Origin: an uncultured Aquificales bacterium | GTDB lineage: Bacteria > Thermosulfidibacterota > Thermosulfidibacteria > Thermosulfidibacterales > Thermosulfidibacteraceae | DNA: 10,901 nucleotides | Direction of reading: 5' to 3' | Assembly (NCBI GenBank): GCA_964411615.1 | Contig: CAYPLO010000053.1 | Location: forward strand, 1-10,901 | Shown: one piece after another, positions 1-6,876 of the stretch | How positions within the stretch are numbered: the stretch's first letter is position 1 | How the letters are laid out: each line of letters starts with the position of its first letter | Position numbers and translations under genes: made by a program | The notes under the pieces: model-generated | What the model saw: only the letters and a program-made list of their open reading frames with translations | What the model was told of the DNA's origin: nothing | The model's database searches: none

Positions 1-679
1 GCCTTCTGTATCTCTTCAGGGCATCCACACTCACCACCCCTGTGGCAACCAGGAAGAGGACTATCACAGGGGTCTGAAAGACCAGCCCGAAGGCTATCAT
101 GAGCTTGAAGAGGAAGGAGAAGTACTTGCCAACGGTGAAGAGGGGTTCAAACCAGTTGTAGGAGAACTTCAGCAGGAACTTGAAGGCAAGGGGCACTATA
201 ACGAAGTAGGCAAAGGCCACCCCACCTGCAAAGAGCATTGAGGAGAGGAGTATAAGACCCAGAAACACCTTCTTCTCCTTGGGATAGAGCCCCGGAGCCA
301 CAAACTTCCATATCTGATAGGCTATGAAGGGAAAGGCCGTTATGATGCCGGCCCCTATGGCCACCTTTATGTTGACGATGAAGGCCTCCGGGGGGGATAT
401 GAAGACCAGCTTCCCCCCGTAGGGCCTCCTCAGAAAGTTTATGATTTTTGGCGCGAGGAAGAAGCAGGCTACGGTGGTGGGAATGACGCTGATGAGGGAG
501 TAGATTATGCGCTTCCTGAGCTCCTCCAGGTGGGGAACAACCCCCTCATCCTTTATCTCCCTGTCAACGGGCTGGGCCTCCTCACCCCTTATGGCCCTTA
601 TGGCCTCCATGAGCCTCACAGGCCCCAGGAATATCAGGGCAATGACCAGCACCATGAGAAGTTCGTTGGAGCCTATCAC
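1..679 (-). CDS. tatC: Twin-arginine translocase TatC with an N-terminal TatB/TatA-like module fused in frame (3' end lies beyond the left edge)
   Basis: Translated by hand; not in the ORF track because there is no stop in the window. GTG at 679-677 overlaps the hypB stop (GTGA), with GGAGGGG upstream. The frame is open for 226 codons: MIGSNELLMVLVIALIFLGPVRLMEAIRAIRGEEAQPVDREIKDEGVVPHLEELRKRII...LVFISPPEAFIVNIKVA...YQIWKFVAPGLYPKEKK...FGLVFQTPVI. HLEELRxR, SPxEAF, YQIWxFVAPGLYxxEK and FGxxF(E/Q)xP are TatC signatures. Confidence 0.95.
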   Translation of the reverse strand, partial: MIGSNELLMVLVIALIFLGPVRLMEAIRAIRGEEAQPVDREIKDEGVVPHLEELRKRIIYSLISVIPTTVACFFLAPKIINFLRRPYGGKLVFISPPEAFIVNIKVAIGAGIITAFPFIAYQIWKFVAPGLYPKEKKVFLGLILLSSMLFAGGVAFAYFVIVPLAFKFLLKFSYNWFEPLFTVGKYFSFLFKLMIAFGLVFQTPVIVLFLVATGVVSVDALKRYRR

Positions 680-1389
680 CTTCCAATCCCCTCCAGCTGC
701 CTCTCTACCCAGGAGAGCCACCCGTCAAGGCCCTCACCTGTCTTTGCCGAAAGGGCCATAACCTCAAGCTTGGGGTTTATGCCCAGTGCGTACTCCTTGG
801 CCCTATCCACGGAGAAGTCAAAGAAGGGTAAAAGGTCTATCTTGGTTATGACGAAGGCCTGGGATGTGGCAAAGGCCTTGGGGTACTTCAGGGGCTTGTC
901 GTCCCCCTCTGGAACGGACACCAGAACCACCCTCACCGTCTCCCCCAGGTCAAAAGAGGCGGGGCAGACCAGGTTCCCCACGTTCTCTATGAAGAGGAGG
1001 CGGGGCATCTCTCCCCCCGTCTCGTGCTCAAGGGCATGTATCCCCCTGTGGACAAGGAGGGCATCAAGGTGGCAGGCACCCCCCGTTGTGAGCTGAACCG
1101 CATAGGCCCCCTTCCCCTTCACCCTCTCCGCATCCAAGGTGGTCTCTATATCTCCCTCCAGGACCCCTATGGGATACCTGCCCCCAAAAGCCTCTATGGT
1201 TTTTTCAAGCAGGGTGGTCTTGCCGGAGCCCGGCGAGCTTATGAGGTTCACCGCCAGTATCCCCCTCTCCCTGAAGTAGCTGCGGTTCTTCTGGGCTATC
1301 CTGTCGTTCTCCTTAGTGAGCCTCTCCTCAACGCTCACCACAACCCTTCTCACACCCTCCGGTTTCCCGCAACCACAGGTATCGCACAT
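676..1389 (-). CDS. hypB: Hydrogenase nickel-insertion GTPase HypB (237 aa)
   Basis: N-terminal MCDTCGC metal motif, P-loop SSPGSGKTTLLE, EGD, GGACHLDA, ENVGNLVCPASFDLGE, VPEGDDKPLKYP, TKIDL and SAKTGEG. I prefer the ATG at 1389 over the track's GTG at 1395 because GGAGGTG lies 5 nt upstream and it gives the canonical MCxxCGC start. Confidence 0.97.
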   Translation of the reverse strand: MCDTCGCGKPEGVRRVVVSVEERLTKENDRIAQKNRSYFRERGILAVNLISSPGSGKTTLLEKTIEAFGGRYPIGVLEGDIETTLDAERVKGKGAYAVQLTTGGACHLDALLVHRGIHALEHETGGEMPRLLFIENVGNLVCPASFDLGETVRVVLVSVPEGDDKPLKYPKAFATSQAFVITKIDLLPFFDFSVDRAKEYALGINPKLEVMALSAKTGEGLDGWLSWVERQLEGIGR

Positions 1390-1391
1390 CT

Positions 1392-1748
1392 TCACACCTC
1401 CCCAACATCTATCTCAACATCGACCAGGTCCAGCTCATCCCCCGATACCATCTCCACATCCACACCGGAACAGTCAGGACACTCTACCCAGAAGATTTCC
1501 CCCACCTCAAAAGTCCTCCCACACTCCCTGCATCTGTATACCACCGGCACCTCATCTATATCCAGCTGGGCCTCCCTTGTTTCTTCTCTCTCGCCTTTAA
1601 GCACATCAAAGGCAAATAACAGGCTCTCCACCACCACACCGGACAGCCTCCCCACCCTCACCCTGGCCCTCACAACCCTGCCCCTATTCTCACTTGCCAG
1701 CTCCACCAGCATATCTATGAGAGAGGCGGCGATACTTGCCTCATGCAC
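1392..1748 (-). CDS. hypA: Hydrogenase nickel metallochaperone HypA (118 aa)
   Basis: A GTG start at 1748 (GGAGG 6 nt upstream) gives the MHEASIA nickel-binding N-terminus. Also GRLSGV, two CxxC zinc motifs (CREC, CPDC) and C-terminal SGDELDLVDVEID. Confidence 0.96.
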   Translation of the reverse strand: MHEASIAASLIDMLVELASENRGRVVRARVRVGRLSGVVVESLLFAFDVLKGEREETREAQLDIDEVPVVYRCRECGRTFEVGEIFWVECPDCSGVDVEMVSGDELDLVDVEIDVGEV

Positions 1749-1971
1749 CACCCGCCTCCGCAAGCTCATCCAGAAGCTTCCAGAGCTCCTCCGCCTCCCT
1801 CTCGTCTATCACCTCTATGGCGGTACCCACATGGACCACAACATAGTCCCCCACCCTTACCCTATCCTCCTCAATCAGCATGAGGTTAACCTCCCTCCTC
1901 ACCCCCTTGGCCTCACACACAGCCATGGGATAGTCCAGCTCAACTATCCTCATTGGCACCGCTATGCACAT
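1741..1971 (-). CDS. hypC: Hydrogenase maturation chaperone HypC/HupF family (76 aa)
   Basis: N-terminal MCIAVP (essential Cys2), GVRREVNL and VGDYVVVHVGTAIEVIDEREAEE match the HypC/HybG pattern. Confidence 0.97.
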   Translation of the reverse strand: MCIAVPMRIVELDYPMAVCEAKGVRREVNLMLIEEDRVRVGDYVVVHVGTAIEVIDEREAEELWKLLDELAEAGGA

Positions 1972-4205
1972 CTCCCCCTCCAGGCAACGTAGTAGGCCTG
2001 CCCTAAGGATACGCCCCCGTCGTTGACGGGAACCAGCTGATTCACATACACCCGAAGACCCGAAGCCTCCAGAAGGGGCATGAGAAGCTCAAGAAGCAGT
2101 CTGTTCTGGAAGACGCCTCCGGACAGAAGCACCCTGTCCACGCCGAACTCTCCGGAAAGCCCAAGGCAGGCATCACACAGGGCCTTAGCAAAACCCGCAT
2201 GGAACCTGCGGGAGATGACACCAGCGGGCACCCCCTTCTCCACATCCTCAACCAGCCTGGCTATGGCGGGTCTCCAGTCTATCACCGAAGAGACCTTAAA
2301 GGGATAGGCCCCCACCTCTTCATCAACGGCGGCGTGCTCAAACTCCATGGCCGCCTGGGCCTCATAAGTTGCAAAGTCCCTCACACCTGCAAGGGAGGAG
2401 GCACCGTCAAAGAGCCTGCCGGCGCTTGTAGTTGTGAAGGTGTTTATCCCCCTTTCCAGCATCTGTGCCACCAGAGTTACCCTCAATCCCCCCACCCTCT
2501 CAACCAGCCTTCCGGGCAGAGCAACTCCCGCCCCCATGGCAAGGGATACGGCGGACCTGTAGGGTTCAAGGACAGCCCTATCTCCGCCGGCAAGTCTGAA
2601 GGGCAGAAGGTGCATAACCCTCCTTAAGCCTCCCTTCACCACAAACAGCTCCCCTCCCCAGACAGAGCCATCGTCCCCGTATCCCGTCCCGTCAAGGGCC
2701 ACACCTATGAAGCCATCCTCAAGCCCCGCCTCACAGGCACAGGAGAGGACATGGGCAACGTGGTGCTGCACCTCAACAATCCTATCCCCAAATCTCTCAA
2801 TGGCGTATCTCCTTGAGTAATAGCCGGGATGCCTGTCCACCACTACCACCCCAGGCTCAACCCCGAAGAGGCTCAGAACATCCTCAACGGCCTCCCTGAA
2901 GAAGTCGGCAGCCTCCGCATGCTCAAGGTCCCCCACATGCTGGAAGACGTAGATGGCCCTGTCAAAGGCAAGGGCCACGGTGTTCTTGAGGTGTCCACCA
3001 ACCGCAAGCACAGGCCTATCAAAAGGAAGAGGTGAGGGAACGGGAAGGGGGGCAAAGCCCCTGGCCCTCCTCACCATCACCCTCCTGCCGCAAGCCACAA
3101 AACATACAGAGTCATCGCACCTTCTTGCTATCTCCCTGTTGTGCATGAGAAAGAGGGAAGCCACAGAGGAAAGCTTTATGAGAGCCTCCCCGTTGTCTAT
3201 CACCATGGGCTCATCGGTGAGATTGCCGCTTGTGGCAACCACGGGAGAGCCAACTTCCTCAAGCAGGAGGTGATGCAAAGGGGTGTAGGGGAGAAAGGCA
3301 CCCACGCTCTTGAGATTGGGTGAGACAAGGGGTGAAAGCCCTCCCTTTGCCCTGAGAAGCACTATGGGCCTCTCCACCCCCGTGAGCACCCTCCTCTCCT
3401 CAGATGAGACATAGGCGTACTCCTCCACCGTATCCACATCCCTGAACATCACCGCAAAGGGCTTCTCCTGCCTTCTCTTACCCTCCCTGAGCCTTCCAAC
3501 AGCCTTGTCTGAGGTGGCAAGGCACATCAGATGGAATCCCCCCAGCCCCTTCACGGCAACCACCTCGCCCCCTCTTATAGCCCTGGCACAGGCCCTCAGC
3601 GCCTCATCGCCCCTTGCAAGAACCCTCCCGGTTGCATCCTCCAGCCAGATTTGAGGACCGCACTCGCCACAGGCGTTGGGCTGGGCATGGAACCTCCTGT
3701 TGCCGGGGTCGTTATACTCTTCAAGGCACCTGGGACACATGGTGAAGGTGCGCATGGTTGTGTTCTTCCTGTCGTAGGGGAGCCTCTCTATTATGGTGAA
3801 CCTGGGACCGCAGTTGGTGCAGTTTATGAAGGGGTACCTGTACCTCCTGTCCTCCGGGTCTCGCATCTCGGAAAGGCACTCCTGGCAGGTGGCTATATCC
3901 GGGAGTATGGCCACCCTGGCCCCGGTCTCCTCGGAGCTTTCTACTATCTCAAAATCCCCATACCCCACAGGGGGCAGCATCTGAACATCCATGCCGTATA
4001 TGGAGCTGAGGGGAGGTCTCCTCTCCGGCAGCAGCCTCAGAAACTCCTCCACGGAACTTCTTTCTCCTTCCACCTCAATCTCAACACCGAAGGAGGTGTT
4101 CCTCACCCACCCCTTGAGCATGAGCCCCGTGGCGAGCCTGTAGATGTAGGGCCTGAAGCCAACCCCCTGAACCGCCCCCGTTATCCTCACCCTGCACCTT
4201 ACCAT
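1962..4205 (-). CDS. hypF: Carbamoyltransferase HypF (about 747 aa)
   Basis: Acylphosphatase domain (GAVQGVGFRPYIY), zinc fingers (CQEC...CTNCGPRF, CPRC...RRFHAQPNACGECGP), YrdC-like domain (KGLGGFHL, TSGN, DDSV) and Kae1-like domain (HHVAH, DGTGYGDDGSVWGGE, GGVFQN, NDGGVSLGQ). The start is inferred at ATG 4205, overlapping the hypD stop; ATG 4223 is an alternative, and the track's 4283 looks over-extended. Confidence 0.96.
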   Translation of the reverse strand: MVRCRVRITGAVQGVGFRPYIYRLATGLMLKGWVRNTSFGVEIEVEGERSSVEEFLRLLPERRPPLSSIYGMDVQMLPPVGYGDFEIVESSEETGARVAILPDIATCQECLSEMRDPEDRRYRYPFINCTNCGPRFTIIERLPYDRKNTTMRTFTMCPRCLEEYNDPGNRRFHAQPNACGECGPQIWLEDATGRVLARGDEALRACARAIRGGEVVAVKGLGGFHLMCLATSDKAVGRLREGKRRQEKPFAVMFRDVDTVEEYAYVSSEERRVLTGVERPIVLLRAKGGLSPLVSPNLKSVGAFLPYTPLHHLLLEEVGSPVVATSGNLTDEPMVIDNGEALIKLSSVASLFLMHNREIARRCDDSVCFVACGRRVMVRRARGFAPLPVPSPLPFDRPVLAVGGHLKNTVALAFDRAIYVFQHVGDLEHAEAADFFREAVEDVLSLFGVEPGVVVVDRHPGYYSRRYAIERFGDRIVEVQHHVAHVLSCACEAGLEDGFIGVALDGTGYGDDGSVWGGELFVVKGGLRRVMHLLPFRLAGGDRAVLEPYRSAVSLAMGAGVALPGRLVERVGGLRVTLVAQMLERGINTFTTTSAGRLFDGASSLAGVRDFATYEAQAAMEFEHAAVDEEVGAYPFKVSSVIDWRPAIARLVEDVEKGVPAGVISRRFHAGFAKALCDACLGLSGEFGVDRVLLSGGVFQNRLLLELLMPLLEASGLRVYVNQLVPVNDGGVSLGQAYYVAWRGRCA

Positions 4206-5263
4206 CTGGCGAACCTGAACCATATATTGCACGCCCCCTCCTGAGAGACCATACAGGGACCCACGGGACTCTGGGGGGTGCACACCTTCCTGAAGAGGGG
4301 ACAGTCGGAGGGATAGGCCTTCCCCAGAAGTATCCGGGAGCAGATGCAGGCCCCCTCATCTTCCTCCACCCTCCGCCACTCAACAACCCTCCTCACATCA
4401 AACCGAGCGTACTCACCTTTAAGGGCAAGGCCAGAAAGGGGAATAACACCCATCCCCCTCCACTTTGCATCCACAACCTCAAAGACCTCCTCCATGAGCC
4501 TCTTCGCCCTGGGATTGCCCCCATCCCTCACAACGCCCCTGTATATGTTATCAACTTTTGCCTCCCCCTCCCTGAGCCTGTAGAGAATCACCGCCACCGC
4601 CGCCAGTATATCCTCCGGGGTGAATCCCGCCACCACCACAGGCACCCTATACCTTTCAGGGAACTCCCTCCAGGCCTGGCTTCCCACCACCGCAGAGACA
4701 TGCCCCGGCGCCACAAAGGCATCAGGACCTGTATCCATGACGCTCCTCATGGCGGCGGTGGTCAACCTGTGGGAGCTGATAAAGAGCAGGTTATCAGGGG
4801 GGTCCATGAAGAAGAGGGAGGCGGCAGGGGCAGCGGTGGTCTCAAATCCTATGGAGAAGAAGACCACCCTCTTATCGGGGTTATCCCTGCAAACCTTCAG
4901 AACCTGCTGGCATGAGGTTACCACCTTCACATTGCCACCGGCCTCCCTCAGGGAGCCTCTAACGGTGGGCACCCTCAGCATATCCCCGTAGACTGCAACC
5001 AGAAACCCCTCCTTCCTTGATAGCTCTATGGCGTTCACTATATCCTCCTGGGGGGTGACGCAGACGGGACATCCGGGCCCCGGAATGAGCTCTATATTCT
5101 CAGGAAGCAGACTCCTGAGCCCGTACCTGCATATGGTATGCTCGTGGGAGCCGCACACGTTTAGGATTTTTACCCTTCTGTTCAGGTTGAGCCTCTCTAT
5201 AAGCCTGAGAAGCTCTCTTGAATCAGCATATTCTTGGAAGCGTATCCTCCTCAAGATATTCAA
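4199..5263 (-). CDS. hypD: Hydrogenase maturation Fe-S scaffold HypD (about 354 aa)
   Basis: CGSHEH, GPGCPVC, YGDMLRVP, GFETT, PGHVS and the C-terminal Cys cluster CIC...CPLFRKVCTPQSPVGPCMVSQEGAC. The TTG start at 5263 is uncertain (see findings). Confidence 0.96.
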   Translation of the reverse strand: MNILRRIRFQEYADSRELLRLIERLNLNRRVKILNVCGSHEHTICRYGLRSLLPENIELIPGPGCPVCVTPQEDIVNAIELSRKEGFLVAVYGDMLRVPTVRGSLREAGGNVKVVTSCQQVLKVCRDNPDKRVVFFSIGFETTAAPAASLFFMDPPDNLLFISSHRLTTAAMRSVMDTGPDAFVAPGHVSAVVGSQAWREFPERYRVPVVVAGFTPEDILAAVAVILYRLREGEAKVDNIYRGVVRDGGNPRAKRLMEEVFEVVDAKWRGMGVIPLSGLALKGEYARFDVRRVVEWRRVEEDEGACICSRILLGKAYPSDCPLFRKVCTPQSPVGPCMVSQEGACNIWFRFARW

Positions 5264-6209
5264 GTATCCTCGTCCCTCCCACAGAGGTCTTCAGCCTCAC
5301 CCCCGAGAATCCTCCCACCACCTCCCCCACAACGGAGGCCTCCCTTCCCAAGGGATGGGACCTGATTAGCTCAAGGGCCTCATCCACGCATCCTCCATCA
5401 ACAACCACAAGGGCCTTCCCCTCGTTGGCAAGATAGAGGGGGTCAAAGCCGAACATCTCGCACATAAAAGCCACCTCCTCCCTCACAGGCACCTTCTCCT
5501 CGTAAAGGAGGATACCAAGCCCCGTGGCCTGGGCAAGTTCAAGGCAGACGGTGGCGAGTCCACCCCTGGTGGGGTCCCTCATCCACCTCAGCCCATCAAG
5601 CCCCAAAAGCCCATTAAGCATGGGAAACAGATTGGCGCAGTCGCTGACCAGCTCAACATCAACGTCCACCTGCTCCCTGGCGAGAAAGACGCTCAGCCCG
5701 TGCTCCCCAACGGTCCCCGTAACTATGAGAACATCCCCCTCCCTCACATCAGCCGCACTGAGCCTCCTCAATACCCTCCCCACACCGGTTGTGTTTATGT
5801 AGATGCCGTCTCCCCTACCCCTCTGAACCACCTTGGTATCCCCGGCCACAATCCTAACGCCGGCAGAAGATGCCTCACGGGCCATGCTCTCCACCACCCT
5901 TGAGAGGACCTCAAGGTCAAGGCCCTCCTCCATGATGAAGCCACAGGTGAGAAACAGAGGCTCGGCACCGCTCACCGCCAAATCGTTCAGGGTCCCACAT
6001 ACAGAGAGTTTCCCTATGTCCCCACCGGGAAAGAAGAGGGGACTGACCACAAAGGAGTCCGTGGTCACAGCTAGGGGGCCAGATACGTCAAGATACGCCG
6101 CATCCTCCAGCTCTCCCATCCTAAAGGCATTAGCGAAAACCTCCTCAACAAGCTCCCATGTCAGCCTGCCTCCGGAGCCGTGGGAGAGGGAGAGTTTCCC
6201 CTTAGCCAT
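5223..6209 (-). CDS. hypE: Carbamoyl dehydratase HypE (328 aa)
   Basis: LSHGSGG, TTDSFVVSPLFFPGGDIGKLSVCGTLNDLAVSGA, GDTKVV, MRDPTRGGLAT, LYLANEGK and the essential C-terminal LPRIC. The start is placed at ATG 6209, with AAGGGGG upstream of the intervening ATGACC. The track's extension to 6536 is antisense to the hupE gene. Confidence 0.97.
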   Translation of the reverse strand: MAKGKLSLSHGSGGRLTWELVEEVFANAFRMGELEDAAYLDVSGPLAVTTDSFVVSPLFFPGGDIGKLSVCGTLNDLAVSGAEPLFLTCGFIMEEGLDLEVLSRVVESMAREASSAGVRIVAGDTKVVQRGRGDGIYINTTGVGRVLRRLSAADVREGDVLIVTGTVGEHGLSVFLAREQVDVDVELVSDCANLFPMLNGLLGLDGLRWMRDPTRGGLATVCLELAQATGLGILLYEEKVPVREEVAFMCEMFGFDPLYLANEGKALVVVDGGCVDEALELIRSHPLGREASVVGEVVGGFSGVRLKTSVGGTRILEYLEEDTLPRIC

Positions 6210-6220
6210 GGTCATCCCCC

Positions 6221-6249
6221 TTAACAACGGGTTGGTTTCTTTATATACT
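6221..6249 (+). promoter_or_regulatory. Predicted sigma70-type promoter for hupE-tolC-emrAB
   Basis: TTAACA (6221-6226), a 17-bp spacer, then TATACT (6244-6249). Each hexamer is a 5/6 match to TTGACA/TATAAT. It lies in the AT-richer part of the intergenic region, 30 bp before the ATG at 6280. Confidence 0.65.
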
Positions 6250-6279
6250 GGGCAGGCAGAAGGAGAAAGGGAGGTTGCC

Positions 6280-6849
6280 ATGAGGTTAAGACCCGTTGCC
6301 ATGAGCATCGGTGCACTGCTGGTTCCCTGTGTGGCCCTCGCACATCCGGGCCACAACGGCGGGTTCGCAGGAGGACTCCTGCACCCCCTCACAGGCCTCG
6401 ACCACCTGCTGGCAATGGTGGCAGTGGGTATGCTCGCCGCAGAAGTGAAGGAGAAAAAAGGCGTCTGGATGCTCCCCGCCGCCTTCGTAACCGCACTCAT
6501 AATGGGCGGACTCCTCGGTATCATGCAGGTGAGCATACCCTACACTGAGGCCATCATCGCTCTGTCGGTCCTCACCCTGGGCGTGCTTGTGGCACTAAGG
6601 GTCAGCCTGCCCTTCAGCATAGGTGTGGCCACCGTCACAGGCTTCGGCCTCTTTCACGGCATAGCCCACGGCCTTGAGGCAGGTCCCCACCCCTACGCCT
6701 TCCTGGCCGGCATGGTGATAACCACAGCCGTTCTGCACTTCTCAGGGGTCCTGTTCGTGAAGAAGGCCAACGGCAAGGTGGGAAACGTGCTGGTGAGGCT
6801 CGCAGGCTCCGCCATGGCCATAGCAGGAATAGTCTTTCTGGCCGGGTAG
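6280..6849 (+). CDS. hupE: HupE/UreJ-family nickel/cobalt permease (hydrogenase/urease accessory membrane protein, 189 aa)
   Basis: ATG at 6280 with a GGGAGGT ribosome-binding site. A signal-peptide-like N-terminus ends ALA-HPGH, followed by GLLHPLTGLDHLLAMVAVG and FGLFHGIAHGLE (the family's His motifs) and about 6 hydrophobic segments. The track's 5833 start is an extension antisense to hypE. Confidence 0.93.
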   Translation: MRLRPVAMSIGALLVPCVALAHPGHNGGFAGGLLHPLTGLDHLLAMVAVGMLAAEVKEKKGVWMLPAAFVTALIMGGLLGIMQVSIPYTEAIIALSVLTLGVLVALRVSLPFSIGVATVTGFGLFHGIAHGLEAGPHPYAFLAGMVITTAVLHFSGVLFVKKANGKVGNVLVRLAGSAMAIAGIVFLAG

Positions 6850-6870
6850 GAGCCTGCGCCTACCCCTGCC
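6840..6870 (+). other. GC-rich stem-loop spanning the hupE stop codon, with no U-tract
   Basis: GGGTAGG (6844-6850) and CCTACCC (6859-6865) form a perfect 7-bp stem with an 8-nt loop. It can extend through GGC (6840-6842) pairing with GCC (6868-6870) across a small internal loop. Confidence 0.45.
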
Positions 6871-6876
6871 CCCAAC

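Noticed and set aside
70..90. Gln instead of Glu in the TatC FGLVFQTP motif (E. coli E170 position)
   Set aside because: Gln is a common natural variant at this position in TatC and is not evidence of inactivation.
507..1992. Long plus-strand ORFs 530-1096 (188 aa) and 1024-1992 (322 aa), and shorter ones at 507 and 1316
   Set aside because: They are antisense shadows of tatC/hypB/hypA/hypC with Pro/Ser/Thr/Leu-rich composition and no family motifs. Such frames are expected opposite strongly biased coding strands.
4206..4283. N-terminal extension of HypF (MHPPESRGSLYG...)
   Set aside because: It overlaps the conserved Cys-rich end of hypD. The acylphosphatase domain begins right after ATG 4205, which is coupled to the hypD stop.
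2042..5903. Many 60-240 aa ORFs overlapping hypF, hypD and hypE (e.g. 2199-2627, 3531-4244, 4081-4386, 4620-4991)
   Set aside because: They lie within well-supported hyp genes in alternative or antisense frames and have no recognisable motifs.
5833..6536. Apparent large head-to-head overlap between the track ORFs 5223-6536 (-) and 5833-6849 (+)
   Set aside because: This is an artefact of taking the longest ORF. Family homology and ribosome-binding sites place the starts at 6209 (hypE) and 6280 (hupE), leaving a 70-bp gap.
6844..6865. Stem-loop after hupE as a rho-independent terminator
   Set aside because: There is no U-tract in either orientation and the stem overlaps the stop codon. I kept it only as an unexplained hairpin.
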